A DNA stretch of 64,000 bases from Bacteriovoracia bacterium (GTDB lineage Bacteria > Bdellovibrionota > UBA1018 > JBFWNL01). The stretch spans positions 160,001-224,000 of the forward strand of contig JBFWNL010000004.1 in the NCBI GenBank assembly GCA_050251055.1. Direction: 5' to 3'. Made by a program: the position numbers and the translations under genes. The notes under the pieces are model-generated. The model was not told where the DNA came from. It did no database searches and saw nothing but the letters and a program-made list of their open reading frames with translations. Positions 37,791-47,056 of the stretch are shown one piece after another (positions within the stretch are counted from its first letter, which is position 1; the number at the start of each line of letters is the position of its first letter).

Positions 37791-38577
37791 CGAATTTCCA
37801 ATAATCTCGCTGACGGCGAAATGGAAGCAACATCAGCAACCCGACCCGGTTGACTCTTTCTGGATAGGCCGGAACCCCAATCGCGACCTGTTTTGCAGGA
37901 ACGTTCAAACGCAATGTCCGATGAAGAACATCCCACATTCGAAGGACAACAGAAAAATTTGAATTTGTCTCTTCCTTCACCTGCGAGTGATGAATTGTAT
38001 GCATTCGAGGAGTTACGATCAAAAGGTTCAGGTAGCGTTCAATTCGAATAGGCAACCTCAAATTGCTGTGATGAAAAAACGTTCCAAGCTGAAAAATCGT
38101 TTCATAAATTACGAAAACTGAAAACGTTGGGCCAATTAGCATAATTTGCAAAAATCGAAATCCACTTGAAAGGGCAACTTCGCCGAAGTGGAATCGAAAA
38201 GATGTGGAGACATCTAGCTCGGGATCGACGTGATGGACGTTATGAAAACGCCATAGGAATGGAATCGCGTGATTGACTCGATGCCAGTAATAAACACTCA
38301 AATCCAGCAAAAGAAAACCCAATACCGCTCCCATCCATTGGGGTAGCGCCAACCAGGACAAAAGGCCAAAATTCCATTTATCCGTTAAATTAAAAGAACT
38401 CATGATGGTTGGTCGAACCACAAAAAAAGCGACGATCAGCAGCCCGGCAGTAAAAATTCCATTGACGATGAGATGCCTAAGAGGACGCATTTGAGGCCGC
38501 AAAGGAAAAATGCGTTCAAAAATGAATAAAAGAGCAAAGAATGAAAGAACAATAATAATGGTCGAGGACTCACTCAT
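37756..38577 (-). CDS. Sterol desaturase / fatty acid hydroxylase family
   Basis: His boxes YWHRVNH, FHNVHH, FHHSN, HTIHH. Confidence 0.92.
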   Translation of the reverse strand: MSESSTIIIVLSFFALLFIFERIFPLRPQMRPLRHLIVNGIFTAGLLIVAFFVVRPTIMSSFNLTDKWNFGLLSWLALPQWMGAVLGFLLLDLSVYYWHRVNHAIPFLWRFHNVHHVDPELDVSTSFRFHFGEVALSSGFRFLQIMLIGPTFSVFVIYETIFQLGTFFHHSNLRLPIRIERYLNLLIVTPRMHTIHHSQVKEETNSNFSVVLRMWDVLHRTLRLNVPAKQVAIGVPAYPERVNRVGLLMLLPFRRQRDYWKFDEKYEDGTSER

Positions 38578-38630
38578 CGAATTTCATTTTATCCTGATGT
38601 GGTTCAAAAATCAGTAAATCTATGCGGATC

Positions 38631-40745
38631 TCAACGAAGCGAATACTTTCTCGTGAGATTAATAAATTTAACCGCCTTTTCAAGATCCGTCGTCGGCAGT
38701 TGGCAGACATGATTTTCACAAACATAAATTGTGGGTTTTCCGTTCTGGGCGGTTTTTCCCTTAAGAAGGGGGACCGCGCCTCTCCCCAACCCAATAGCAA
38801 TCACTTTGTTGGGATTAAAGATTTCAAAAATAGAATTTCGAGCGGAATGAACAGCCAAATCCTCTTGATCCGCAATAACTGCAATTTCTTTGGAGCGGTC
38901 CAAATTAAAATCCACGGCCATCAAGAATTGAGAAAAGGCAGTCGGATATTGCTCAACGAAGACAGGCATCGACTGAAAGATTTGTGCAGCTTTCTGTTGA
39001 TAGCTATCCTTAAAAGTTATCCCAAATAATCGAAGATAGTTTAGTGCCGTCACCGAAACACCCGAAGGCGTCACATTGTCCTCGAAATCTTGAACCCGGT
39101 GAAGGAGGGAGGGGTCATGTCCACTCGTCAAAAAGTATGTTCCTGATTTTGAATCAAAAAACATTTCGTCTTGTAATTTTTGTAAGCGCTCAGCCTCCGT
39201 AAGCCATTTCGTTTCACTAGTCGCCTGAAAAAGTTCGATCAATGCATCAATTAGGAATGCATAGTCTTCTAGAAAAGACTCTCCTTTCGCTTCGTTTGCA
39301 ATCCATCGTCTTAAAAGTTTTCCATCTTTGGTGAGGTGCGCCTGAATAAATTCAGCAGCTTTTTCCCCGGCCTCCAGATAGCGGGGTTCTTTAAAAATAG
39401 TGGATGCTCTCACAAGAGCGCTGATCATCAAACCATTCCACGCTGTTAAAATTTTTTCATCGCGAGCCGGTCTTATCCGCTTACTTCGGACTTGAGCCAT
39501 TTTTTCTAAAGCAGATTTTACGATCAGTGGTCGCGTCTCCCGCGATGCAGTGGCCTTAAGAGACAGCACATTCTGCTCATCTTCAAAATTACCTCCGCGT
39601 GAAATTAAAAACGTTGATCCAATGGCGGAGAATTCGTCTTTCGTTAAGATTTGGGAAAGCTCTTTGAGTTTCCAAACGTAGAACAGCCCTTCTTTCCCGC
39701 TACTGTCAGCATCTTCTGCCGAATAGAAGCCGCCCTTCGGATCGCGTAAGTCTCTCAGAACATAATCGGCGGTTTCTCGTGCAACTAGTTCATGTTCTTT
39801 TTTCCGAGTGACCTGAAAACCTTCCGTATAAGCGCTCAAGAGTGCTGCCTGGTCGTAGAGCATTTTTTCAAAATGCGGGATCAGCCATTTTCCATCCGTT
39901 GAATAACGATGAAAGCCGCCGCCGACATGATCGTAAATTCCCCCCTTCGCCATTTCATCGAGGGTTTTCGTGACCATTTCGAGTGCACGTGGGTCATCGG
40001 TACGTCGATAGATACGAAGGAGGAGCCTGAGATCGTAAGCGGGCGGAAATTTGGGAGCTCCCTTTCTTCCTCCATAAGTTGAATCGAAAGAGCCACTCCA
40101 GTTTTTAAAAAATGTTACAAAGATCCGATCGGAGAACGATGAAGAAATTTTATCCCATTTTCTATCTTTCAGAGAGCTAGCGATTCGTTTTCCATCTTCC
40201 CTAATTTTTTGAGGATTATTTTTCCAAACTTCTTCGATTTGATTAAGAACCTGGAGAAGTTGTGTTCTCGGAAAAAAGGTGCCGCCAAAGAAGGGTTCTC
40301 GATCGGGAGTAAGAAGCACGGTCATCGGCCAACCGCCAGAGCCCGTAAACGCTTGGACCGCCTCCATATAAATCTTATCGACGTCTGGCCGCTCCTCTCT
40401 ATCCACCTTGATCGCGATAAAAGCTCGATTCAAAACTTCGGCAACTTCGGGACGGGTGAATGAATCTTCCTCCATCACGTGACACCAGTGACAAGTGGAA
40501 TACCCCACCGAAAGAAAAATGGGCTTGTTCTGTTCTTTGGCTGCTTTAAACGCCTCGTCACCCCAGGGGTACCACCACACGGGATTTTCAGCATGCTGCT
40601 GAAGATAAGGACTTTTCTCCGATTTAAGATGGTTGAAGCCTTTCGCGTCTGAACTGTTACCCGCTGATGGCGAGTGATTGTCACGACATCCAATTGCGAG
40701 AATAAGAAGCAAAAAAGGAAGTAGTAACTTCTTCAATCGACTCAT
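38631..40745 (-). CDS. YyaL/SSP411 thioredoxin-domain protein (DUF255) with lipoprotein signal
   Basis: LAIGC; [44 protein letters not shown]. Confidence 0.95.
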   Translation of the reverse strand: MSRLKKLLLPFLLLILAIGCRDNHSPSAGNSSDAKGFNHLKSEKSPYLQQHAENPVWWYPWGDEAFKAAKEQNKPIFLSVGYSTCHWCHVMEEDSFTRPEVAEVLNRAFIAIKVDREERPDVDKIYMEAVQAFTGSGGWPMTVLLTPDREPFFGGTFFPRTQLLQVLNQIEEVWKNNPQKIREDGKRIASSLKDRKWDKISSSFSDRIFVTFFKNWSGSFDSTYGGRKGAPKFPPAYDLRLLLRIYRRTDDPRALEMVTKTLDEMAKGGIYDHVGGGFHRYSTDGKWLIPHFEKMLYDQAALLSAYTEGFQVTRKKEHELVARETADYVLRDLRDPKGGFYSAEDADSSGKEGLFYVWKLKELSQILTKDEFSAIGSTFLISRGGNFEDEQNVLSLKATASRETRPLIVKSALEKMAQVRSKRIRPARDEKILTAWNGLMISALVRASTIFKEPRYLEAGEKAAEFIQAHLTKDGKLLRRWIANEAKGESFLEDYAFLIDALIELFQATSETKWLTEAERLQKLQDEMFFDSKSGTYFLTSGHDPSLLHRVQDFEDNVTPSGVSVTALNYLRLFGITFKDSYQQKAAQIFQSMPVFVEQYPTAFSQFLMAVDFNLDRSKEIAVIADQEDLAVHSARNSIFEIFNPNKVIAIGLGRGAVPLLKGKTAQNGKPTIYVCENHVCQLPTTDLEKAVKFINLTRKYSLR

Positions 40746-40751
40746 TTAGAA

Positions 40752-41465
40752 TTAAATTCCATAAATAATTTCCTTCGAGACGAGCCGGTGAAGCACTTTG
40801 GACAAAGCTTCAGATGTAATCATATATTTGTCGAGCGCCTTACCGAGAGTCGACCCCGTTTTGAGTGAATTCAGAAACTCGAATAGATGCTTGTCGATAA
40901 TTTCTACGGTAACAGAGTCATGATCGCGAAAAATGAAAGAATACTCTTTTTTGTTCTCAAGTGGGGAAATCGAATTTCTGCGTTTCCATATTTCAGCAAC
41001 GTTCCACTCGGATTCAAAAAGGAACAGTGAGTCTTGAAGGAGAAATTGAGTGTCCCCACTAATCTGAGTTAGGGCGTCAGGCCGAAGCATGATTTCTTTT
41101 TGATGAGCATGAAACGAATGCCAAATTTTCAGTTCGAAATCGGCGACTGCAAGCCAACGACGATCTACGCCTAATTGATCTAGAAATTCGGGAAAACTTT
41201 CACCAATATGATTGAAAGAATAGTTCTTTGACGGACGGAGGCGAACATAAGCTCCGCCCAAACGATGCCACTCTTCTTCACCAATCAATTTGGGTAAGAG
41301 TTCAAAAATTTCTTCCATGGCGGACTGCGTTCGAAGCGAATAACCTTCCGCATAGATTCGAAATCGATCGGAAAGACTGCCTCTCTTCGGGGGTTTCAAA
41401 AAATCGAGAGCACTTTCGGGGAATTTTTGAATGGCTTCATCAAAAATCTTCAGCTCAGAGTGCAT
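40752..41465 (-). CDS. MNIO partner protein (DUF2063 / BufC-HvfC-like)
   Basis: RFRIYAEGY..R..F..L..LIGEE, GESFPEFL, VADFE; ATG 41465 overlaps the DUF692 end. Confidence 0.85.
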   Translation of the reverse strand: MHSELKIFDEAIQKFPESALDFLKPPKRGSLSDRFRIYAEGYSLRTQSAMEEIFELLPKLIGEEEWHRLGGAYVRLRPSKNYSFNHIGESFPEFLDQLGVDRRWLAVADFELKIWHSFHAHQKEIMLRPDALTQISGDTQFLLQDSLFLFESEWNVAEIWKRRNSISPLENKKEYSFIFRDHDSVTVEIIDKHLFEFLNSLKTGSTLGKALDKYMITSEALSKVLHRLVSKEIIYGI

Positions 41466-42279
41466 ATTTTTTTCGTTCCATGCCCTGAGTGATTTCATAT
41501 GCTTTTTTGACTTCTTGAACGAGAATTGAAAACTCTGGAATTTTATCATCGCGTTCAATCAAGAAAGGTTTGGCCCCCAAGTGCCGCCAGACGAATTCGA
41601 AGAGGTCCCAAACGGGATCGGTGATATCGGCATCGTGTGTATCAAATAGAAAATCTCCCATATCTGTGTGACCGGCCAGATGATACTGGACGACGCGATT
41701 GGCGGGAATTCTTAAAATATAGTCATAAGGATCGAACCCATGATTGATCGAGTTCACGTACACATTGTTAATATCGAGAAGAAGATCACAGTCCGCGCGT
41801 TCGATAACTAAACGAACAAAATCAGCTTCATCGAGTTCGTCGGATTGGAATCGAACGTAAGTCGAAATATTTTCGAGTGCAATGCGGCGTCCTAAAACAT
41901 CTTGTACCTTTTGAATACGAGAGACTAATAAGTCGATCGTCACTTCATTCATGGGAAGCGGCAAAAGATCGTGCCAGTTTCTTTGTTCGATCCCGGTCCA
42001 ACACAGATGATCTGAAACAATAAAAGGATCGATTCTCTCCACGAGAGTTTTAAGATTTTTAAGGTAATTCGGATTCAGGGGGTCCGAACTTCCGATATTG
42101 AGAGACACCCCGTGAAGAGCGACAGGAAATATGTCTCTTACTTTGAGTAGCGTTGAGAGCGGTCGGCCACCAGTGTCCATATAATTTTCAGATATGACTT
42201 CACACCAATCGACGGACGATGGATTCGAAAGAATGTCCTTATAGTGGGAAGGCCTCAGCCCTAGACCGCGCGTTTTCAT
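41455..42279 (-). CDS. DUF692 multinuclear non-heme iron oxidative enzyme (BufB-like)
   Basis: GLGLR, EVISENY, HGVSLNIG, SDHLCW, LENISTY, LLDINNVYVN, HLAGH, DTH, ERD. Confidence 0.96.
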   Translation of the reverse strand: MKTRGLGLRPSHYKDILSNPSSVDWCEVISENYMDTGGRPLSTLLKVRDIFPVALHGVSLNIGSSDPLNPNYLKNLKTLVERIDPFIVSDHLCWTGIEQRNWHDLLPLPMNEVTIDLLVSRIQKVQDVLGRRIALENISTYVRFQSDELDEADFVRLVIERADCDLLLDINNVYVNSINHGFDPYDYILRIPANRVVQYHLAGHTDMGDFLFDTHDADITDPVWDLFEFVWRHLGAKPFLIERDDKIPEFSILVQEVKKAYEITQGMERKKYAL

Positions 42280-42292
42280 AAATATTTGATAG

Positions 42293-42327
42293 GGGAGCCA
42301 AAAAACCTTGAAGTCGTTTTGGCTCCC
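42293..42327 (-). other. Intergenic 11-bp stem-loop between precursor and MNIO genes
   Basis: GGGAGCCAAAA/TTTTGGCTCCC. Confidence 0.7.
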
Positions 42328-42336
42328 ATATCCTTC

Positions 42337-42621
42337 CTACATCTTTGCAGGTTCGAATTTAATTTTTGGATTCTTCGCTGCAAGTTTATCGCAGTCTGCC
42401 TTCGTAAGTTCCAAAAACCCCTTTCCTTTGCATGAATTTTTTCCAGCACACTCATGGCCTTTACCGCCGCAGGCCCCCTTACCCTTGCATGAATTTGCGC
42501 CAACGCAATGTCCTTTTGCTTCAGCATTGTCATCGGCTGCAAAGACCGGAGCCGTAGTGGCAAGACTGACCAGTCCAGCGACTGCGGCCGAGATTAACAT
42601 TTCTTTCGTTTTTGAATTCAT
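42337..42621 (-). CDS. Bufferin-type (BufA2-like) Cys-rich RiPP precursor with Sec signal peptide
   Basis: Signal ..PVFA; HCVGANSCKGKGACGGKGHECAGKNSCKGKGF..C; directly upstream of DUF692. Confidence 0.9.
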   Translation of the reverse strand: MNSKTKEMLISAAVAGLVSLATTAPVFAADDNAEAKGHCVGANSCKGKGACGGKGHECAGKNSCKGKGFLELTKADCDKLAAKNPKIKFEPAKM

Positions 42622-42693
42622 ATTCGCTCCTTATTGATTTTTGTTAACTGAGGTCGGGAGATCTTCCCGTTCTCAAATTCTTTTTTACCCAAT

Positions 42694-43314
42694 TCATTTT
42701 TTAGCGCTCGTCTCTTCTTGGGGCTCCTCCTTCTCTTTTCCTTCACCATTCACTTCAATTTTAACGTCATCTCCAACAAGTACTCCTCCTGCTTCAATGG
42801 CTTTATTCCATTTAAGATCGTAATCTTTTCGATTTACCGTAAGTGTTGCATCGAGTGCGGCTTTCTCATTACCCCATGCGTCTTTGATAGTTCCCCCATA
42901 ACTGACATCCCAAATGACGGGACGTGTGACTCCACGGATTGTAAGCTTTCCAGGCATTTTTCCGGATTCTCCTTTTTTTATAGTGAAGGGATCGGAAATA
43001 AACTTGATTGTTTCATGTCCTTTCGTTGTCGCGTCAAAAAAATCGGGAGATCGAAGATGTTTATCTCGATCAGGTTCGTTCGTATTGATGCTCTTGGCTT
43101 GAACGATGGAATGAACTGCGGTAAGTGCCCCAGTTTTATCATCGATTTCAATAGTTCCTTTGAACTGATCGAATCGACCCTGGACGGTGCTAATCATGAG
43201 ATGCTTAATACGAAACCCAATGGTTGTATGCGCTTCATCCAGTTCGAATGTTTTAGCCCAGAGCGTTGAACTACCTAAAATCCCTAAAATGCAAAAAACG
43301 GCCCATCTCATCAT
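42694..43314 (-). CDS. YceI family protein
   Basis: LDEAHTTIGFRIKHLMISTVQGRF, RDKHLRSPDFFD, LTIRGVT, NRKDY. Confidence 0.95.
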   Translation of the reverse strand: MMRWAVFCILGILGSSTLWAKTFELDEAHTTIGFRIKHLMISTVQGRFDQFKGTIEIDDKTGALTAVHSIVQAKSINTNEPDRDKHLRSPDFFDATTKGHETIKFISDPFTIKKGESGKMPGKLTIRGVTRPVIWDVSYGGTIKDAWGNEKAALDATLTVNRKDYDLKWNKAIEAGGVLVGDDVKIEVNGEGKEKEEPQEETSAKK

Positions 43315-43343
43315 TAAAAATTCCTCCTGCTACTACTTTTGAA

Positions 43344-43370
43344 TTCGCTGAGACCCTAGAAAAAGTTACA
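43344..43370 (-). promoter_or_regulatory. ECF (SigF-type) promoter for the yceI-buf operon
   Basis: - strand TGTAACTTTTT..GCGAA, GTAAC-N17-CGAA. Confidence 0.8.
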
Positions 43371-43436
43371 AATGCCTCTCTTATTAATATGAGAAAGCCA
43401 TGTCTAAAGTCGTTTAAATCCAATAAAATGAGACCT

Positions 43437-43463
43437 TGTAACTTTTTGAATCTTGAAAGCGAA
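43437..43463 (+). promoter_or_regulatory. ECF (SigF-type) autoregulatory promoter
   Basis: TGTAACTTTTT..GCGAA with the same 17-nt spacing; ATG follows at 43471. Confidence 0.8.
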
Positions 43464-43470
43464 TACTCAA

Positions 43471-44049
43471 ATGAAGGTTAGTAGCTCAACCGAAAAATCG
43501 ACTCCAAGAGCTGTGCGAGACGAGCGTTGGTCGAGCCTTATGATTCGAGCGCAAGAGGGTGACAAAGGAGCGTACCAAAATTTATTGAAAGAAGTGGCCG
43601 ATTTTCTGAATCCCTATTTTCTTCGAAAGATCGGCTCTGCTTTTGATGTCGATGATCTGATTCAGGAGGTTTTGATCGGAATGCATCATGCCCTTCAAAC
43701 TTATGATCGAACCCGATCCTTTACAAATTGGATACTGGCCATTGCGCGGTACAAAAGCATCGATCATTTTCGACGCCTTCAAAGACGTCTTGAGGTTGCA
43801 ATCGACACCGATGAACTGGCGCAGCTTGCAGCCCCTGAAGCCGTGAACAATTCGATCGGAGAGCGACTCGGTGAGGTCGTATCCGCGCTTCCCGAAAAGC
43901 AGAGAAAAATTATTGAGCTTGTAAAACTTAAAGGTTTTTCGATGAGACAAGCGGCTAATTTTCTTGGAATGACGGAAGGAGCTGCAAAGGTAGCAGCCCA
44001 CCGAGCTTACCGAACTCTCAGAGAAAGATTACAAGAATCAGAAGAATGA
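43471..44049 (+). CDS. ECF sigma factor (SigF-like)
   Basis: AQEGDKGAY, DDLIQEVL..H..TYD..F..W..AIARYK, region 4 KVAAHRA. Confidence 0.93.
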   Translation: MKVSSSTEKSTPRAVRDERWSSLMIRAQEGDKGAYQNLLKEVADFLNPYFLRKIGSAFDVDDLIQEVLIGMHHALQTYDRTRSFTNWILAIARYKSIDHFRRLQRRLEVAIDTDELAQLAAPEAVNNSIGERLGEVVSALPEKQRKIIELVKLKGFSMRQAANFLGMTEGAAKVAAHRAYRTLRERLQESEE

Positions 44050-44675
44050 AGACGGAAGAACTTATCAATAAACTTAGCCATTCGTTGAGACCGCAGTCTC
44101 GCCGAGATCTCTGGCGCGACTACGTCAAATGGATTGCCGTAACTTTTCTTGTGATCGCGATAGGCGTCTTCTTAATGGGATTAAGGAAGGACCTCAGCGA
44201 CACTCTTTTTAAAGAGTGGTTTCAATATGAGAGTTTTTTTCTTCTGACTTTTGGTCTGCTTTGCGCATGGGTTGCCCTAAGGGCGGGACGACCCGAACAA
44301 AAGTTTGGTCCTCTCGCTTATAGTTTTTTGATCCTGGGAATCGTCGGGTGGATTGCATTTTTAGTGCGAGCTTTTAAGGGAGAGTCTTTCGATTTTGCAG
44401 CGGCGGCACCTGGGTGGAGTTGTTTTATGGCGGTCATTCTTTTTTCGATGATCCCGGGAATCATCCTTGTTCGTAAACTACGAAAAATGGCTCCAACTTC
44501 TTTAGGTCAAACTGGGCTTTGGGCTGCAACATCAGTTGGAATCTTAAGTGCGCTTGGAGTAAGTCTGATTTGTTCGGATTCTAACGCCGAACATCTTTTG
44601 CTCTGGCATTTCGTTCCAGTGTTGGTAATTTCTATACTTGGATTTATTTTAGGGCGGTTTGTACTGAAATGGTAA
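44046..44675 (+). CDS. nrsF: NrsF-like anti-sigma factor (DUF1109)
   Basis: MKTEELINKL, six TM segments, two conserved Cys, LLWH. Confidence 0.85.
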   Translation: MKTEELINKLSHSLRPQSRRDLWRDYVKWIAVTFLVIAIGVFLMGLRKDLSDTLFKEWFQYESFFLLTFGLLCAWVALRAGRPEQKFGPLAYSFLILGIVGWIAFLVRAFKGESFDFAAAAPGWSCFMAVILFSMIPGIILVRKLRKMAPTSLGQTGLWAATSVGILSALGVSLICSDSNAEHLLLWHFVPVLVISILGFILGRFVLKW

Positions 44676-44690
44676 GGCAAGATTGAAGAT

Positions 44691-45773
44691 CTATGATTCT
44701 TTTTTGTTTTCTCTCAGGCGCTTGCCCTCGCTTTTTTTGTAATCGAAATGAGCATCTCGATTTAACCCAAGTCGCTCTTGCTCAGCAGGAGAAGAATTGG
44801 GGGGTGCCTTTCCAAATCGCATTCGAAGCTCGCGCCATTTAAGTTTGATATCAGCCCATTTATGAGACGGGGGCTTATATCCAAATGCGCGATATTTTCC
44901 CGGCTGAACTTTGCCTTTTTGAGAAACGAACCCTGCAAATACATCGCACCAACTATCGAAGGCTTTTAAGAATTTTTGATCCCTGGCCATATGCTCGGCT
45001 TGATTGTCGCTATACTTTCTTCCTTTTCCAAAATCCTCATGGCGCCATAGTTCATCAGGCACTTCAATTCCACTGAAACGACATTGCCAGGCCAAAGGAG
45101 CAAAACAATCTCTTAAGTTTCGATAAGGCTCTTTTTTGGGATCAAAATATTCTGGGTGACGAAGATAAATGGGTCGCCCTGTTTCGTCTTTTTCTTCATC
45201 AGCATCATCACCGTAGGTAAAAAATCCAGCCGTTCTTCCCTCCAAGTGATTGAGACTTATCTTTTTCCACTCGGATGCATGTTCCAATTTCATCGCGAGT
45301 TCTGGGTTTTTGTGTTCGATAAGATCTTCGCGAGGATTTCCACCATTCATGCAAACAAGCCGATCAAACATCAATTTCAAATTGCTTGTGGGAGAATACC
45401 AATTGATCGGACTAATAATGGCCCAAGCATCGGCAAGATCGAGCCTCGCATAAAGATCGAGATCCCACATGAGATCGGGTTCTTTTCGATTGTTTTTCTC
45501 GTAACAATTGCACGGCCAAACGCAAAGAGCCATTGAGGTCGATACACAGGCATTGCAACTTTGGATTTTGTGTCGCTTGTAGATATTTCCAAGATCTTCT
45601 ATATCAATCTCCCATTCTTGGGGCAGGCGATCGGACATTCGAAACATCAGCATTCGAGCTTTTGAATCCACCCCCGGGCAGTTGTACTGACGTCGGTTGG
45701 ACCCTGCGATAATCAAGACTCGAAATGGACGCTTCTCGGTGGGAAGATTGCCATTAGAATCATTCGGTCTCAT
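44691..45773 (-). CDS. NAD(P)H-dependent flavodoxin-fold oxidoreductase with Cys cluster
   Basis: IAGSNR..CPGVDSK, CNACVST..CVWPCNCY, SPINWY..LK.MFDRL. Confidence 0.85.
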   Translation of the reverse strand: MRPNDSNGNLPTEKRPFRVLIIAGSNRRQYNCPGVDSKARMLMFRMSDRLPQEWEIDIEDLGNIYKRHKIQSCNACVSTSMALCVWPCNCYEKNNRKEPDLMWDLDLYARLDLADAWAIISPINWYSPTSNLKLMFDRLVCMNGGNPREDLIEHKNPELAMKLEHASEWKKISLNHLEGRTAGFFTYGDDADEEKDETGRPIYLRHPEYFDPKKEPYRNLRDCFAPLAWQCRFSGIEVPDELWRHEDFGKGRKYSDNQAEHMARDQKFLKAFDSWCDVFAGFVSQKGKVQPGKYRAFGYKPPSHKWADIKLKWRELRMRFGKAPPNSSPAEQERLGLNRDAHFDYKKSEGKRLRENKKES

Positions 45774-45829
45774 GGATGAACCTCAAGTTTCATAAAAACT
45801 TTTATACTCCGAGTGGACGCCACCTGCTA

Positions 45830-45845
45830 TGTTCATATATAAACT
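45830..45845. promoter_or_regulatory. Palindromic operator copy 1 (putative MarR site)
   Basis: TGTTCATATATAAACT, 14/16 to TGTTTATATATAAACA. Confidence 0.65.
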
Positions 45846-45876
45846 TTTGGCTAGATCGAAAACCCGAGTGTACCCT

Positions 45877-46560
45877 ATGGATTTCAAAGGTGATTTTAAA
45901 AGTCGTTTCAGGATCATCTATCTTGCGGCGTTTCTTGTTCCTCTAGATCCATCGGATGCTTGGTTTCAGATTCGATACTCCAAAATTCCAGTCAGCACTT
46001 ATCAATTTAAAGGCAACTCTCTTTTAGTAGATGTAAAACAATCCGCTGGTCCCCTGATCTATCGTCTTTCTGAACCGAAAATCGTAAAGCGATTATCAAT
46101 ATCGGGACGTTTTTCCGATTTGCCGAAAATCCCCGAGGGATCGGTTCAAGGGGACCGAAAAAGCGACGATTTCATCTTACGAATTGGCGTTATCGATGAA
46201 GGCAAAGAGACAGTGAGCGGTTTCTCACGACTTTTTGCACCGAGCTGGCTCGTTGACCTTGTCGATCATCTAACACCTAAAAAAGCTGGATACGGCGGAC
46301 TTCGACTGTTTCTGATTTCCAATATGCCTGGGCCTTTATGGACAGAGCGAAGCCACCCAAGTCATTCTTCCATACACGAAAACATTATTCGTCGAATCAA
46401 GTCCGTCGGTCGTTTTAAAGAGAATATCGAATTAGACGACTTTTCCAAGCGGAGCATCGGAATTTGGATTGGTCCAGATGGCGACGATACCAAATCCAAT
46501 TTTCAGGTGATCATTGACCGATTAGAAATTACATTTACAGAAGAAGGTAAAGAAAAATGA
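45877..46560 (+). CDS. Hypothetical protein (DUF3047-like)
   Basis: SAGPL, DDFILRIGV, IWIGPDGDDT. Confidence 0.6.
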   Translation: MDFKGDFKSRFRIIYLAAFLVPLDPSDAWFQIRYSKIPVSTYQFKGNSLLVDVKQSAGPLIYRLSEPKIVKRLSISGRFSDLPKIPEGSVQGDRKSDDFILRIGVIDEGKETVSGFSRLFAPSWLVDLVDHLTPKKAGYGGLRLFLISNMPGPLWTERSHPSHSSIHENIIRRIKSVGRFKENIELDDFSKRSIGIWIGPDGDDTKSNFQVIIDRLEITFTEEGKEK

Positions 46561-46943
46561 AAGTGCTTTTTTTGTGTGTCGCCAACTCCGCACGTAGTCA
46601 GATGGCCGAAGCTCTGGCGCGCCATTTCTTTCCCAAGATCGAAGTCCAAAGTGCAGGTTCTAGTCCTACATTTCTACACCCGAAGGCCAAACAGGTCCTT
46701 GAAGAAGTCGGCATCAATTGTTCGGCGCTTTATTCCAAAAGTATTGATCAAATTCCGCCATCATTTTTGAGCGATCTCGACAACGTGATTACGCTTTGTC
46801 AGGGAGAAGTATGCCCGATCGGAATCCGAGCCAAGAGAAAACTTCACTGGCCTTTTCCGGATCCCGCCGTTGCAAACACAGTTGAGTCTTTTCGAATTGT
46901 TCGAGACGAGTTAAAGACGCGTATTTCTGAGATGGAAATATAG
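46557..46943 (+). CDS. arsC: Arsenate reductase, LMW-PTP/thioredoxin type
   Basis: LFLCVANSARSQMAE, VITLC..CP, HWPFPDP. Confidence 0.9.
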   Translation: MKVLFLCVANSARSQMAEALARHFFPKIEVQSAGSSPTFLHPKAKQVLEEVGINCSALYSKSIDQIPPSFLSDLDNVITLCQGEVCPIGIRAKRKLHWPFPDPAVANTVESFRIVRDELKTRISEMEI

Positions 46944-47040
46944 CGCACACCAATTTCGAGCGTTCCTTCGACAATGTCATTCGAAATGAAACGCGGTCCA
47001 CCAGTTCAGGCAGCTTTCGCTTTTGTTTCCCTCCCATTAT

Positions 47041-47056
47041 TGTTTATATATAAACA
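47041..47056. promoter_or_regulatory. Palindromic operator copy 2
   Basis: Perfect TGTTTATATATAAACA overlapping ATG 47056. Confidence 0.8.
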
